Both the position numbers and the translations under genes were made by a program. A stretch of DNA of 64,000 nucleotides. Origin: an uncultured Candidatus Rokubacteria bacterium. Lineage in GTDB: Bacteria; Methylomirabilota; Methylomirabilia; Rokubacteriales; DASRDR01. The stretch is from contig CAVPSB010000002.1 of NCBI GenBank assembly GCA_963708025.1, positions 288,001-352,000 of the forward strand, given 5' to 3'. Under the pieces are notes generated by a model that worked only from the letters and a program-made list of their open reading frames with translations, made no database searches and had not been told where the DNA came from. This document shows, piece by piece, positions 36,505-47,342 of the stretch; the stretch's first letter is position 1, and each line of letters begins with the position of its first letter.

Positions 36505-37650
36505 AGGCGGGCCGGCTCCTGGAGGAGCCGCTCCACGGCGGCCAGGAAGCGACCGCCCCGGTGCCCGTCGGTCACGCGGTGGTCGGCCGACAGCGAGGCC
36601 GTGACCACGGGACGCGACGCGATCTGCCCGGCCACGGACCAGGGACGCTCCACCACCCGCCCGAATCCGACGATCGCGACCTGCGGCGGGTAGATGATCC
36701 CGAAGACCGTATCGACGCCCTGCTCGCCGAGGTTCGTCACGGTGATCGTGGGATCGGAGAGCTCGGAGCTGCGGAGGCCGCCGGCGCGGGCCCGCCGGAC
36801 CAGGTCCCGGAGCCGGCGCATGAGCTCGTCGAGGCGGAGGCCGTCGGCGTCGTGGAGGGCGGGTGCCACCAGCCCGCCCTCGCGGAGCGCGATCGCGACA
36901 CCGAGGTGGATCGCCGGGCTCGGGACCACGCGGTCGCCCATCCAGACGGCGTTCAGCTCGGGCACCTCCCGGAGCGCCAGCGCGACGGCCTTGAGCAGCA
37001 GCGCGGCGCACAGCAGGCGCTCCGGCACCGGGCGCCGGAGGTTCTCGTCGGCGAGCCAGGCCAGGGCGGCGTGCATGTCGATGGAGCTCGCGAGGTAGTA
37101 GTGCGGGATCTCGCGCTTGGCGCGCGTCATCGCGGCGGCGATGGTCTGGCGGAGCTGAGCCGGGCGGTCCGGGACCGACGGTTGCGCGGTGGCGGCCGCT
37201 CGCTCGACGTCCTCCCGGGTGATCGCGCCGTCCGGGCCCGTGCCCCGCAGCGCGGCGGGGTCGATGCCGAGGCGGGCCGCCAGGGCCCGCGCCGCCGGGG
37301 AGATCCGGAGGCGCGTCCCGACCCGGCGCCGGGGGCGCGATCGGGCCCGGGGCGGCGACACCGGGAACGACGGCGAGCGGCGGGACGGTCGGGGGCGCCG
37401 CGGCGGCGGGCGGTCCCTCCTCCAGGATCATCGCGAGGACCGTGCCCACGGGCACGGTCCGGCCGGGCTCGACCAGGATCCGCTCGAGCACGCCCGTCAC
37501 GAAGATCTCGACCTCGATCAGCCCCTTCTCGGTCTCGACCTCCGCGACGATCTCGCCCCGTCGGACCCGATCTCCCGGCCGCTTGCGCCAGGCCACGAGC
37601 GTGCCGGCCTGCATGTCGGCGCCCAGGATCGGCATCACGAACTCAGCCAC
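36501..37650 (-). CDS. pdhC: 2-oxoacid dehydrogenase E2 (dihydrolipoamide acyltransferase), frameshift near 37323
   Basis: Lipoyl domain (VETEKG), subunit-binding domain ([21 protein letters not shown]), catalytic DHRVTDG. Confidence 0.9.
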
Positions 37651-38623
37651 GGCGCCTCATCAGGTCCCGTACGGCGGCGGCGATCGCCGCCGCCCGGGGG
37701 AGAGCGGCCTCCTCCATGTGCTTGGCGTACGGCATCGGGACCTCCGCGCTGCAGACCCGGGCGACCGGCGCGTCGAGGTCGTAGAAGCCGCCTTCCATGA
37801 TGCGGGCCGAGATCTCGGCTGCCAGGCTGCCGGTTCGCCAGCCCTCGTCCACCACCACGGCGCGATGGGTCTTCGCCACCGAGCCGAGGATGGTGTCCGT
37901 GTCGATCGGGCGGAGCGCCCGCAGGTCGATCACCTCGGCCGCGATCCCCTCGGTGGCCAGTCCGTCGGCGGCCTCCAGGCACTTGCGCAGGGAGCCGCCG
38001 TAGGTCACCAGCGTCACGGCGTCGCCGGGCCGCCGGACCGCCGCCCGGCGGAGATCCCCGGGCGGCGCCGTCTCGTCGAGCTCCCCCTCCGTCGGGTAGA
38101 GCGTGGCGTGCTCGAAGAGGAACACGGGATCCGGCTCCTGGAGCGCTCCCAGCAGCATGCCGTAGGCGTCGCCGACCGTCGCCGGGGCGAGCACCGTGAT
38201 GCCGGGAATGTGGGCGTACCAGCCCTCGAGGCTGTGAGAGTGCTGGGCGGCGAGCTGGCGGCCGCCGCCGGTCGCCATGCGGACCACGAGCGGGACGCTG
38301 AGCTGCCCGCCGGACATGTGGCGGAGCGTGGCCGCGTTGTTCACGACCTGGTCCAGCGCCAGCAGGCTGAAGTTGACGGTCATCACCTCGACGATGGGGC
38401 GGAGGCCGCCGAGCGCCGCGCCGATGCCGGCCCCCACGAACGCCGACTCCGAGAGCGGGGTGTCCCGGATCCGGTCGGGCCCGAACTCCTCGAGAAGGCC
38501 GTGGGTCACCGCGAACGCCCCGCCGTAGCGCCCGACGTCCTCGCCCATCACGAACACGCGCGGGTCGCGCCGCAGGGCCTCGCGGTGGGCGGCTCGGAGC
38601 GCCTCCCGGTACGTCGTCTTCAT
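37643..38623 (-). CDS. pdhB: Pyruvate dehydrogenase E1 beta
   Basis: [29 protein letters not shown] 38623. Confidence 0.93.
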   Translation of the reverse strand: MKTTYREALRAAHREALRRDPRVFVMGEDVGRYGGAFAVTHGLLEEFGPDRIRDTPLSESAFVGAGIGAALGGLRPIVEVMTVNFSLLALDQVVNNAATLRHMSGGQLSVPLVVRMATGGGRQLAAQHSHSLEGWYAHIPGITVLAPATVGDAYGMLLGALQEPDPVFLFEHATLYPTEGELDETAPPGDLRRAAVRRPGDAVTLVTYGGSLRKCLEAADGLATEGIAAEVIDLRALRPIDTDTILGSVAKTHRAVVVDEGWRTGSLAAEISARIMEGGFYDLDAPVARVCSAEVPMPYAKHMEEAALPRAAAIAAAVRDLMRRRG

Positions 38624-39621
38624 CGCGCCGCCGGCTCCGTGTGGACGTCCCGGAGCAGGTCCTCGACCGGCTCCCAAGGTCCGGCCTCGGCGATCGCCAC
38701 CGCCCCCTCGATCTCGGCCGCGACCGCGCTCTCCAGCGCCGCGAGGTCGCTGTCCGCGAGGAGGCCCCCGGCGCGGAGCCGGGCCTCGAACGTGGCGATG
38801 GGATCCCGGGCCTTCCACTGCTCGACCTCGTCCTTGCCTCGGTACAGTTCGGGGTCCGCCATCGAGTGGGCGCGGAAGCGGTAGGTCCGGGCCTCGAGCA
38901 AGCAGGGGCCGTTCCCCGCCCGCACGAACTCCGCGGCCCGGCGGGCCGCCGTCTCGACCGCCCAGACGTCCATGCCCTCGACGGCTTCGGCGGGCATCCC
39001 GTACGACTCGGCCTTCCGGCACAGGTCCGGCTGGGCCTGGTGGCGGGCGAGGGCGGTCCCCATCGCGTAGAGGTTGTTCTCGCAGAGGAAGAGCACGGGC
39101 AGCCGCCACAGGGCCGCCAGGTTCAGGGACTCGTGGAACTCGCCCTCGGCCACGGCCCCGTCCCCGAAGAAGCAGGCGGTCACGCGCCGGCGCGCGAGGA
39201 GGGTGTCGGCGAGCGCCAGGCCGACCGCGATGGGGAGGCCCCCGCCCACGATGGCGTAGCCGCCGTAGAAGCGACGGCTCACGTCGAAGAAGTGCATGGA
39301 GCCGCCGCGGCCGCGGCTGCAGCCGTTGGCCTTGCCGTACATCTCCGCCATCAGGCTACCGGCCGGGAGGCCGCGGGCGAGGGCCTGCCCGTGCTCCCGG
39401 TAGGTGGCCACCACCGCGTCCTCCTCGGTGAGCGCCTGCATCGCGCCGACGGCCACCGCCTCCTCCCCGATGTAGAGGTGCAGGAAGCCCCGGATCTTTC
39501 CCAGGCTGTACAGCTCGGCGGCTTTCTCCTCGAACCGGCGGATGCGGAGCATCTGCCGCAGGAGGTCCAGCCCGTGGTCACGGATCGGAGGCGTGGACCC
39601 GGTGGTGCTGGTGGCGGCCAT
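38620..39621 (-). CDS. pdhA: Pyruvate dehydrogenase E1 alpha
   Basis: [23 protein letters not shown] ThDP motif, [14 protein letters not shown] 39621. Confidence 0.94.
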   Translation of the reverse strand: MAATSTTGSTPPIRDHGLDLLRQMLRIRRFEEKAAELYSLGKIRGFLHLYIGEEAVAVGAMQALTEEDAVVATYREHGQALARGLPAGSLMAEMYGKANGCSRGRGGSMHFFDVSRRFYGGYAIVGGGLPIAVGLALADTLLARRRVTACFFGDGAVAEGEFHESLNLAALWRLPVLFLCENNLYAMGTALARHQAQPDLCRKAESYGMPAEAVEGMDVWAVETAARRAAEFVRAGNGPCLLEARTYRFRAHSMADPELYRGKDEVEQWKARDPIATFEARLRAGGLLADSDLAALESAVAAEIEGAVAIAEAGPWEPVEDLLRDVHTEPAAR

Positions 39622-41399
39622 CACGCCTCCTTCCCGCCGTCCTCGAGTGTCGAGGTGTCGCCCTCCGGCAGCCCCAGCTCGCGCGCCTTCAGGAGCCGGC
39701 GCATGATCTTCCCGCTCCGCGTCCGGGGCAGGCCGGGCTGGAAGTCGAGCTCTTTCGGGGCGACGACCGCGCCGAGCCGCGTGCGCGCGAAGGCGAGCAG
39801 CTCCCGCCTGAGCGCCGGGGTCGGCTCGTGGCCGGCCTTCAGGGAGACGAACGCCTTGACCACCTCCAGGGCGACCGGGTCGGGCTTGCCGATGACGCCC
39901 GCCTCGGCGACCGCCGGGTGCTGCAGGAGGACGCTCTCGACCTCGAACGGGCCGACCAGGTGGCCCGAGGTCTTGATCACGTCGTCGGCCCGGCCGACGA
40001 ACCAGAAGTACCCGTCGGGATCCCGGCGGGCGAGGTCCCCGGTGAGGTACCAGCCGCCCGCGAAGCACTTGCGGTAGCGCTCGGGCTCGCCCCAGTAGGC
40101 GCGGAACATCGACGGCCAGCCCGGGCGCAGGGCCAGCTCGCCCTGGACGTCCGGGGAGTCGACGATCTCGATGCCGTCGCCGGCCTTGCGGACGATGGCC
40201 GCCTCCACACCCGGGAGCGGCCGGCCCATCGAGCCCGGGCGGATCTCCATCGCGGCGAAGTTCGCGATCATGATGCCGCCGGTCTCGGTTTGCCACCAGT
40301 TGTCGTGGAACGGGAGGCCGAGGGCGTCCCGGCCCCACACGACGGCCTCGGGGTTCAGCGGCTCGCCCACGCTCGACAGGAACCGGAGGGCTCCGAGGTC
40401 GTGCTTGCGGGGCAGCTCGGCGCCGACCTTCATGAGCATCCGGACGGCCGTGGGCGCCGTGTACCAGACCGTCACGCGCTGATCCTGCAGGGTCCGGTAC
40501 CAGCGCTCGGCGTCGAAGTCGGCTTCGTCCACGATGCTGGTCACGCCGTTCGTCAGGGGAGCGATGATGCCGTACGAGGTCCCGGTGACCCAGCCGGGGT
40601 CCGCCGTGCACCAGAACACGTCGTCCGGGTGGAGGTCGAGGGCGAGCCGGCCGGTGACGTGGTGGGCGACGACGGCCTCGTGGACGTGGACGGCGCCCTT
40701 CGGGGTGCCCGTCGTCCCGCTGGTGAAGTGGAGGAGGGCCAGGTCTCCGGGGTCGGTCGGCGCGATCTCGAACCGGTCACGGGCCTGGGCCAGGAGCGCG
40801 TGAAAGTCGAGCGTGCCGGGGGCGGCACCCGTCCGGCCGGGATCGCCGACCACGAGGACGTGCTCCAGCCGGGGCAGGGCGGCGCGCAGGCCGGCGACCT
40901 TCCGCTCGTACAGCGCCGCCGTGGTCACCAGGACGCGGGCCTCGCCGATCGCCAGCCGGGCGCGGATCGGCTCGGGGCCGAACGCGGAGAACAGCGGGCA
41001 GAAGGCGCTGCCGTGCTTGAGCGTCCCGAGCGCGGCGACGTAGAGCTCCGGGATCCGCCCGGCGAGCGCGTAGACCCGGTCGCCCTTTCCCACGCCGAGG
41101 CCCGAGAGGACGTTGGCGAAGCGATTGGTGAGGGCGTAGAGGTCCCGGTACGTGTAATCCTGCACCGCGCCGCTCTTGCCGAGCCACCGGAGGGCCAGGT
41201 GCCCGGCCCGGGGCCCGGCCGCGTGGCGGTCCACGGCCTCGTGGGCGATGTTCAGGCCTCGCCCGCCCGGCAGGCCGCTCAGCTCCCGGCGAGCCTCCGC
41301 CCAGGAGAAGCCCGCACGGGCCGCCTCGTAGTCGACCAGGGTGGGGGTGACCCGCCAGTCTCGGGGCGGCTTGGCGATGCGCGGATACGATTCGCGCAT
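39621..41399 (-). CDS. acsA: Acetate-CoA ligase (Bacillus AcsA-like)
   Basis: [52 protein letters not shown]. Confidence 0.92.
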   Translation of the reverse strand: MRESYPRIAKPPRDWRVTPTLVDYEAARAGFSWAEARRELSGLPGGRGLNIAHEAVDRHAAGPRAGHLALRWLGKSGAVQDYTYRDLYALTNRFANVLSGLGVGKGDRVYALAGRIPELYVAALGTLKHGSAFCPLFSAFGPEPIRARLAIGEARVLVTTAALYERKVAGLRAALPRLEHVLVVGDPGRTGAAPGTLDFHALLAQARDRFEIAPTDPGDLALLHFTSGTTGTPKGAVHVHEAVVAHHVTGRLALDLHPDDVFWCTADPGWVTGTSYGIIAPLTNGVTSIVDEADFDAERWYRTLQDQRVTVWYTAPTAVRMLMKVGAELPRKHDLGALRFLSSVGEPLNPEAVVWGRDALGLPFHDNWWQTETGGIMIANFAAMEIRPGSMGRPLPGVEAAIVRKAGDGIEIVDSPDVQGELALRPGWPSMFRAYWGEPERYRKCFAGGWYLTGDLARRDPDGYFWFVGRADDVIKTSGHLVGPFEVESVLLQHPAVAEAGVIGKPDPVALEVVKAFVSLKAGHEPTPALRRELLAFARTRLGAVVAPKELDFQPGLPRTRSGKIMRRLLKARELGLPEGDTSTLEDGGKEA

Positions 41400-41418
41400 G
41401 CGGGTCGGAGGTGCCCGC

Positions 41419-42564
41419 TCAGAGCGGGTAGCGGAGGCGGGCGGCGAGGCCGCCGACCTCCCGGAGACCCTCGTGACCCTCGACGACGTCCACCTCGCCG
41501 CCGGCGGCCAGCACCCGGTCCACCAGCGCGTCGCTCAGCTCCACCGCTCGGGTCTCGCCACGGCAGAGCCGGCAGCGCTCGGTCGCCCCGCGCTGGATCG
41601 TCCCGCACGCCGCGCAGCGGCGCGCCGGCTCCCCGAACCCCCGGAGCACGTAGAGACGGTGGACGGCTCCGCGCAGCCCGGCTTCGAGCGTGGCCTCGGG
41701 CCCGGCCACCGCGCGCCCGCCCTTGGCGGCCTCCGTGAGGACGGCGTCCACCGCCGCCCGCGTCGCCTCGGCGTGGATCCGGGCGAGTAGCTCGGTGGCT
41801 CGGCCGGCCAGCGCGCTGGCGGGCTCGTATCGCGCGGCCGAGACGCCGCCGATGACCCGTTCGGCGAGCGACGTCGGCAGATGGGACCGGAGCGTGGCGG
41901 CGAGGCGCTCGTCGCCGGCCAGGACGATCTGCCGGACGCCACCCTCCTCGGCGAGGCGTGCGAGCGCGTGCGCCACCGCCTGGAGATGCTGATCGCGATG
42001 GACTTGGGTGTGCCGCTGGTATCGCGACTGGGCAAGCTGCGCCCAGCCGCCACGGCTGTGATGCCCCGGCACCTCGCTCCGGAGATCGACTTCCTCGCCC
42101 AGGCCGCCGGGAACGAGCGGGATCAGCCGCGCGTGGTCGGCGTCGACGAAGACGACCAGGGCCGGAGGCGCCTCCTCGAGGAGGGCCGCCAGGGGCGTGA
42201 GGTGCGCTGTCCCGTCCACCACGAAGGCGTTCTCCACCGGGATCCGGACGGGCAGCGTCTCCCGGAGGCCGAGGGCGTGGCACGCGAAGAGCGCGACCCC
42301 GACGGCCTCCGGGAGGATCCGCTGGTTGACCAGGGCGGCGCCTTGCGCCTCGATCCAGCCGAGGTCACTCGCCAGGCCCGGATCGGTCGCGGCGCTCCGC
42401 GCCTTCCGGAGCTCGTTCGCCAGGAAGAGGCGGACCCGGTCGCGCTGGTGCTCGTCCGCCCACCGGGTGCTCAGGTACACGCTCACCACCGGGCTGGCCG
42501 GCCCGGAGATCCTGGCCAGCCGGCGGAGTCGCGTCGCCACGTCAATCGTTGCGTCGTTGGTCAT
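41419..42564 (-). CDS. Bacterial eRF1/aRF1-like release-factor homolog with Zn ribbon
   Basis: [29 protein letters not shown] (GGW instead of GGQ), CxxC..Cxx[13 protein letters not shown] 42564. Confidence 0.85.
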   Translation of the reverse strand: MTNDATIDVATRLRRLARISGPASPVVSVYLSTRWADEHQRDRVRLFLANELRKARSAATDPGLASDLGWIEAQGAALVNQRILPEAVGVALFACHALGLRETLPVRIPVENAFVVDGTAHLTPLAALLEEAPPALVVFVDADHARLIPLVPGGLGEEVDLRSEVPGHHSRGGWAQLAQSRYQRHTQVHRDQHLQAVAHALARLAEEGGVRQIVLAGDERLAATLRSHLPTSLAERVIGGVSAARYEPASALAGRATELLARIHAEATRAAVDAVLTEAAKGGRAVAGPEATLEAGLRGAVHRLYVLRGFGEPARRCAACGTIQRGATERCRLCRGETRAVELSDALVDRVLAAGGEVDVVEGHEGLREVGGLAARLRYPL

Positions 42565-42618
42565 GCTCTCCCTCGCGCGGTCGTCCCGCAGCTCTCGGTA
42601 GACTGCCCGTCCCTCACT

Positions 42619-42634
42619 CGCAAGGGACGTGCCC
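42619..42634 (-). promoter_or_regulatory. Sigma-54-like promoter
   Basis: Minus strand GGGCACGTCCCTTGCG. Confidence 0.55.
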
Positions 42635-42751
42635 ACCCGCATCGGCTGAGATGGCAGGAAGGAATCCGTCCTCAGGCAGTCCCCTCCCCCCGGTGGGTGT
42701 GGCTAGCGGGAGATCCCGAGCCGGGGGGAACGTCGTCTGGCGGCGCCCGGG

Positions 42752-42789
42752 TGGCGCGTTGCCGCCCCAGGTGAGGCGGCCGCGCCCCA
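42752..42789. promoter_or_regulatory. Tandem palindromic putative activator sites (UAS)
   Basis: TGGCGC-N6-GCCCCA, GG, TGAGGC-N6-GCCCCA; the second unit is identical to 22094-22111. Confidence 0.55.
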
Positions 42790-42910
42790 TCGAGCCCGAG
42801 CCGTGGCTCCTCCCGCCGCTCGCCCGGGGCTGCGTGGCAGCCGGCTCGCCCCGGAGGGGCACAGCCTCAGGGGACCCATCCCCATGGTGGATCCTGATGA
42901 GGCCTGTGCG

Positions 42911-43076
42911 GTGCCAACGGCTCCCATTCCACCGCCCATCGGCGGTCGCAACCCTCCGGCTCCGGCCACGCGGTCGGGGCGTTCCGCTTCGAGCCGCGGC
43001 CCAAAAGGCCGAAGGCCGTCCCACAGTCGCGGCCTCCGAGGGGGGGCCTCGGGGGGTCTTCCGAGACCCCCCCGAA
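42911..43076 (-). repeat. ~165-bp REP/MITE-like dispersed repeat, copy A
   Basis: Its reverse complement aligns with 52212-52378 and 63044-63170 (shared GGCCGCGGCTCGAAGCGGAACGCC and the GGGGGGTCT-CGGA-AGACCCCCC hairpin). Confidence 0.85.
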
Positions 43077-43080
43077 GTTC

Positions 43081-43455
43081 TCACCGGGTCCCTTTCTCCC
43101 GCTGGGTCTGGCAGCTCAGACAGTGGCGGGCGGCCGGGATCGCCCGGAGCCGGGCGAGCGGGAGCTCCCCGCCGCAGCCCTCGCAGAGCCCGTACGTCCC
43201 GGCGCCGAGCTTGGCGAGGGCGATGGAGATCTCGTCGAGCGCATGCCGCTCGCGCCCCTCGAGCCGGGAGAGGATGGCGAGCACCTGGTCGTGGGCCACG
43301 TCCTCGATGGGGGCGCCGGGCTGGTGGGCCTCCAGCGTGGCCAGCTCCTCATCGGTGGCCGCCACGGTGCGCAACAGCGCCGTTCGGGACTCGAGGAGGC
43401 GCTGCCGACACTCCTCTCGCACGGCGGGTTCCAGAGAGCGCCTGGTCTGGGTCAC
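43081..43455 (-). CDS. DksA/TraR C4 zinc-finger protein
   Basis: Coiled coil then GTYGLCEGCG..RLRAIP..CLSCQ. Confidence 0.9.
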   Translation of the reverse strand: MTQTRRSLEPAVREECRQRLLESRTALLRTVAATDEELATLEAHQPGAPIEDVAHDQVLAILSRLEGRERHALDEISIALAKLGAGTYGLCEGCGGELPLARLRAIPAARHCLSCQTQREKGTR

Positions 43456-45878
43456 GGTGGACCTCCTGTCGGCGCCGCGGGCGAACCCGGCGCGGCGCGC
43501 AGCTCGCGGAATCGCCGCACGTGGGCGGCCAGGGCCAGCTCGACCGCCCCGTTGAAGCTGTCGGGGGGGAAGCGCCCGTCCGCCGACCGCTCGCCGGCGG
43601 GCCGGCCGGACAGGAGGGCGAGGCCCTCGTCCACGGTGGAGACGGCGTGGACCTGGAAGCGCTCCTCCCGGACCGCCCGAACGACGTCTTCCCGGAGCAT
43701 CAGGTGGCGGACGTTGGCCGCGGGGATCAGCACGCCCTGGCGGCCCGTGAGGCCCTGACGGACACAGGCGTCGAAGAAGCCCTCGATCTTCTCGTTGATG
43801 CCGCCCACCGGCTGGATCCCGCCGTGCTGGTTGACCGAGCCCGTCACCGCCAGGGCCTGCGTGAGCGGGATGCCGGCGAGGCTCGAGAGGAGCGCGTAGA
43901 GCTCGGCCGAGGAGGCGCTGTCGCCCTCGACCTCCTCGTACTGCTGCTCGAAGGCGATCGAGGCGGACAGCGCGAGCGGGTGCTCGCGCGCGTAGCGGCC
44001 GGCCAGGAAGCCGGTCAGGATCAGGACGCCCTTCGAGTGGATCGGGCCGCCGAGCTTCGCCTCGCGCTCGATGTCGAGGACCCCGGGCTCCCCCGAGTAC
44101 GTGCGGGCGGTGATCCGGGCCGGCCGGCCGAAGGCGTGGTCCCCGAGCGCGAGGACCGAGATGCCGTTGACCTGGCCGACCTCGGCGCCGTCGGTCGCGA
44201 TCAGGAGCGTGCCCTCCGAGATCGCCCGGCCGAGACGCTCCTCCACGAGGTTCGCCCGGTAGCGCCGCTGATCGATCGCTTCACGGACGTCGGCCGCGGT
44301 GACGACCGGGTGTCCGTTCCGGCCGGCCCAGAAGGCGGCTTCCCGCACGAGGTCGCGGAGCTCGCCCAAGCGCGAGGTGAGGCGCTGCTGGTGGGCGACT
44401 AGGCGGGCGCCGTGCTCGATCAGCGACGCCACCGCGTCGGGGCCGAAGGGCGCAAGCGCCTCTTCCCGGCAGACCCCGGCGACGAAGCGCGCGTAGAACA
44501 CCTCGAAGTCCGGCGTCCGCGGGACCGAGTCCTCGAAGTCGACCTTGACCTTGAACAGCTCGCGGAAGTCCTCGTCCAGCGCGTGGAGCAGGTAGTAGAG
44601 GAGCGGGGTCCCGATGAGAACGACCTTCACCGAGAGCGCGATCGGCTCGGGAGCGAGGCCGGCCGCCGCCACCAGGCGGTACTCCTCCAGCGGCTCCTCG
44701 ATCCGCACGGACCGGAACTTCAGCGCCTTCTTGAGGGCCTCCCAGGCGAGGAAGCTCCGGAGGACGTCCCGCGCGTCCAGGACCAGGTAGCCGCCGTTCG
44801 CCCGGTGGACCGCCCCGGCCTGGACGAGCGTGAAGTCGGTGACGAGGCTGCCGAGGTGAACGCGGTGCTCGATGCGGCCCAGTAGGTTCCCGTGCGTGGG
44901 ATTCTCCTCGAGGACCACCGGCGCCCCGGTCGCGCCGCTGCGGTCGACGAAGACGTTGACCCGGTAGCGCTCGAGAAAGGCGCCGGCCGGGGGCAGGAAG
45001 GGCAGGACGGGTGTCTTGCCCTCCTCCAGGCCCCGGAACTCCTCGGCGTGCGCGACGAGGTCGGCCTCGACGCGGTCCAGGTGGCGCTGCACGCCGTCGA
45101 GGCCCGCGAAGCGCTCCCGCAGGTCCTGGACGAGGCGCCGGGTCACCGTCGCGGCCGCCTCGCTCACCGCCTTCTCGTGAGCGAGGCGAGCCTCGCGCTC
45201 CAGCTGGCGGATCTGGCGAAGGGTCGCCTCCACCCGCTCGTCGAGGACCCGGGCCCGGGCCTCGATCGTCTGGCGCTCGCTGTCCGGGAGCGCGCCGAAG
45301 GCCTCGCCCGTCAGCGGCTCCCCCTGGGGAGCGAAGGCCAGCGCGAGGCCGCCGTGGGAGCGGAGGACGACGAACCGCTCGGCCCGGGCCGCCTCGTCCA
45401 GGCGTTCCATCTCCGCGTGCTGGCGCCGGTGGAGGTCCTCGAAGATGGCCGACTTCCGCCGCTCGAACTCCTCGCTCTCGAACGCCCGGGGCAGCCGGGC
45501 CTTGCACTCGTCCACCAGGCGCGCCATCTCCGCCCGGAGCTCGCGCCCCCGTCCGGCCGGCACTGCGAGCGCGGTCGGCCGGTAGGGGTCGGTGAAGTTG
45601 TAGACGTAGCAGTAGTCGTCGGGCACGGGCTCCGCCGCCGCGGCGGCGGCGAGCATGGCCCGGATCGTCGTCGTCTTCCCCGTCGCCGCCGGCCCGAGGA
45701 CGAAGAGGTTGTAGCCGGCCTGCTTCATCCCGATCCCGAAGGTCGTCGCGCCGAGCGCCCGATCCTGGCCGATGAGGCGATCGAGCGGCGTCAGCTCGGC
45801 CGTCGTGGCGAAGGGGAGGGTGGCGGGGTCGGAGATCGCCCGCAGCTCTTCGGCCCGGAGCCGACGCGCCACCGTCAA
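43452..45878 (-). CDS. Lon-like ATP-dependent protease (LonB/LonC type)
   Basis: IGQDRA, GPAATGKT, GAVHRANGGYL, GQVNG, catalytic EGDSAS and GGINEK; start TTG 45878 or GTG 45872. Confidence 0.92.
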   Translation of the reverse strand: MTVARRLRAEELRAISDPATLPFATTAELTPLDRLIGQDRALGATTFGIGMKQAGYNLFVLGPAATGKTTTIRAMLAAAAAAEPVPDDYCYVYNFTDPYRPTALAVPAGRGRELRAEMARLVDECKARLPRAFESEEFERRKSAIFEDLHRRQHAEMERLDEAARAERFVVLRSHGGLALAFAPQGEPLTGEAFGALPDSERQTIEARARVLDERVEATLRQIRQLEREARLAHEKAVSEAAATVTRRLVQDLRERFAGLDGVQRHLDRVEADLVAHAEEFRGLEEGKTPVLPFLPPAGAFLERYRVNVFVDRSGATGAPVVLEENPTHGNLLGRIEHRVHLGSLVTDFTLVQAGAVHRANGGYLVLDARDVLRSFLAWEALKKALKFRSVRIEEPLEEYRLVAAAGLAPEPIALSVKVVLIGTPLLYYLLHALDEDFRELFKVKVDFEDSVPRTPDFEVFYARFVAGVCREEALAPFGPDAVASLIEHGARLVAHQQRLTSRLGELRDLVREAAFWAGRNGHPVVTAADVREAIDQRRYRANLVEERLGRAISEGTLLIATDGAEVGQVNGISVLALGDHAFGRPARITARTYSGEPGVLDIEREAKLGGPIHSKGVLILTGFLAGRYAREHPLALSASIAFEQQYEEVEGDSASSAELYALLSSLAGIPLTQALAVTGSVNQHGGIQPVGGINEKIEGFFDACVRQGLTGRQGVLIPAANVRHLMLREDVVRAVREERFQVHAVSTVDEGLALLSGRPAGERSADGRFPPDSFNGAVELALAAHVRRFRELRAAPGSPAAPTGGPP

Positions 45879-45984
45879 CCCTTCTTCGAGGCGATGATGC
45901 GGCCGGCTCGCGGCACACGGTTGCGCATCTCGTCCTCCCGGCGAGTCGGGGACCCGCTCTCGATGGGCGGAGTCGTTCGGGGGT

Positions 45985-46000
45985 TGCAACGAGAGTGCCA
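45985..46000 (-). promoter_or_regulatory. Sigma-54 promoter
   Basis: Minus strand TGGCACTCTCGTTGCA. Confidence 0.75.
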
Positions 46001-46037
46001 CGGTGCCATGGCCAGCGCCGTGTCGGGGATGGAGGCC

Positions 46038-46053
46038 AGGCACTTCGGTTGCA
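46038..46053 (+). promoter_or_regulatory. Sigma-54 promoter
   Basis: AGGCACTTCGGTTGCA, 22 nt before ATG 46076. Confidence 0.65.
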
Positions 46054-46075
46054 GCGGACATCCGTGGAGGCGGCG

Positions 46076-46531
46076 ATGCGAATCGACGAGGTGATGAGCC
46101 GGAACGTCGTCACGATCGGCCCGGAGGAGACCTGTGCCGGGGCGCTCGCCCGGATGCTGCAGTGGAAGGTCCGCCACCTCCCCGTCCTGGACGCCGGCGG
46201 AAAGCTGAGGGGCATCGTGACGGATCGGGACCTTCGCCACCACCTCTTTGCCCCGGGAGTGCTGGAGCGGCTCGGCCGGACCCCGGCGAAGCGCCTGCTG
46301 GAGCAGCAGTCGGTCCACGCGATCATGTCGGCCCCCCCCATCTGCCTCGAGGCGTCGGCCGACCTCGAGGAAGCGGTCGGCATCATGCGGCGTCACCGGG
46401 TCGGCTCGGTGCCGGTGCTGGATGGCGACAAGGTCGTCGGCATCCTGACGGAGACGGATCTCCTCCGGCATCTCGTGGGCGCCGAGACGCCACCGGGGCC
46501 GGAGCTCGACATCATCGTCTCCTACCCGTAG
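46076..46531 (+). CDS. CBS-domain protein
   Basis: GGAGG RBS; two CBS repeats. Confidence 0.9.
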   Translation: MRIDEVMSRNVVTIGPEETCAGALARMLQWKVRHLPVLDAGGKLRGIVTDRDLRHHLFAPGVLERLGRTPAKRLLEQQSVHAIMSAPPICLEASADLEEAVGIMRRHRVGSVPVLDGDKVVGILTETDLLRHLVGAETPPGPELDIIVSYP

Positions 46532-46549
46532 GTCGGCAGGACCGGACGA

Positions 46550-46587
46550 TGGGGCAGCGCCGACCCAGGTGGGGCACGGACGACCCG
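46550..46587. promoter_or_regulatory. Tandem palindromic putative activator sites (UAS)
   Basis: TGGGGC-N6-GACCCA, GG, TGGGGC-N6-GACCCG. Confidence 0.5.
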
Positions 46588-46638
46588 CTCGCGGCTGCGC
46601 CGGGCGCCGCCGAGGGCATTCATGGAGGGAGGCGGACG

Positions 46639-47334
46639 ATGCGGGCCGGAGACGTGATGACGGCCGACGTGGTGACGGTGTCACCGGGGGCGCGCGTGGA
46701 AGAAATCGCCCGTCTCCTGCTGGAGCACCACATCAGCGCGGTGCCGGTCGTGGACGCGGGGGGACGGCTGGCCGGGATCGTCAGCGAGGGCGATCTGGTG
46801 CGGCGGGTCGAGACCGGAACCGCCGGGTCCCGCGCCTGGTGGCTGGAGCTGCTGGCCGACCCGGCGACGCTCGCGCTCGAGTACGTCAAGACCCATGGGC
46901 GCCGGGCCGCGGACGTGATGACCCGGACGGTGGTGACGGTCGAGGAGGATGCGTCACTGGCCGACGTCGCGCGACTGCTGGAGGGGCGCCGCATCAAGCG
47001 CGTCCCCGTCGTGCGGGAGGGCCGGATCGTCGGGATCGTGAGCCGGGCCGACCTGGTCCGGGGACTGGCGGTCCGGTCGATCGAGCCGCAGCCCGCCACG
47101 GTCGCGGACGATCGGGCGATCCGGGAGGGCGTCCTGGCGGCTCTGCGGGGGCAGCCGTGGTGGATCGGCACCTACCAGACCGTCGTGGTGGTCGACGGCG
47201 TGGTGCACCTGTGGGGGATGGCGCGCTCGGTGGCCGAGCGGGCGGCCATGCGCGTCGCGGCGGAGACCGTGCCGGGGGTCCGGGGTGTCGAGGATCACCT
47301 GATGGACTTCCGCGCGTGGGTGGGCGCCGAGTAG
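46639..47334 (+). CDS. CBS-pair plus BON-domain protein
   Basis: ISAVPVVD..GIVSEGDL, WWLELL, IKRVPVV; BON domain DGVVHLWG..VPGVRGVEDHL. Confidence 0.92.
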   Translation: MRAGDVMTADVVTVSPGARVEEIARLLLEHHISAVPVVDAGGRLAGIVSEGDLVRRVETGTAGSRAWWLELLADPATLALEYVKTHGRRAADVMTRTVVTVEEDASLADVARLLEGRRIKRVPVVREGRIVGIVSRADLVRGLAVRSIEPQPATVADDRAIREGVLAALRGQPWWIGTYQTVVVVDGVVHLWGMARSVAERAAMRVAAETVPGVRGVEDHLMDFRAWVGAE

Positions 47335-47342
47335 CCTGAGCG

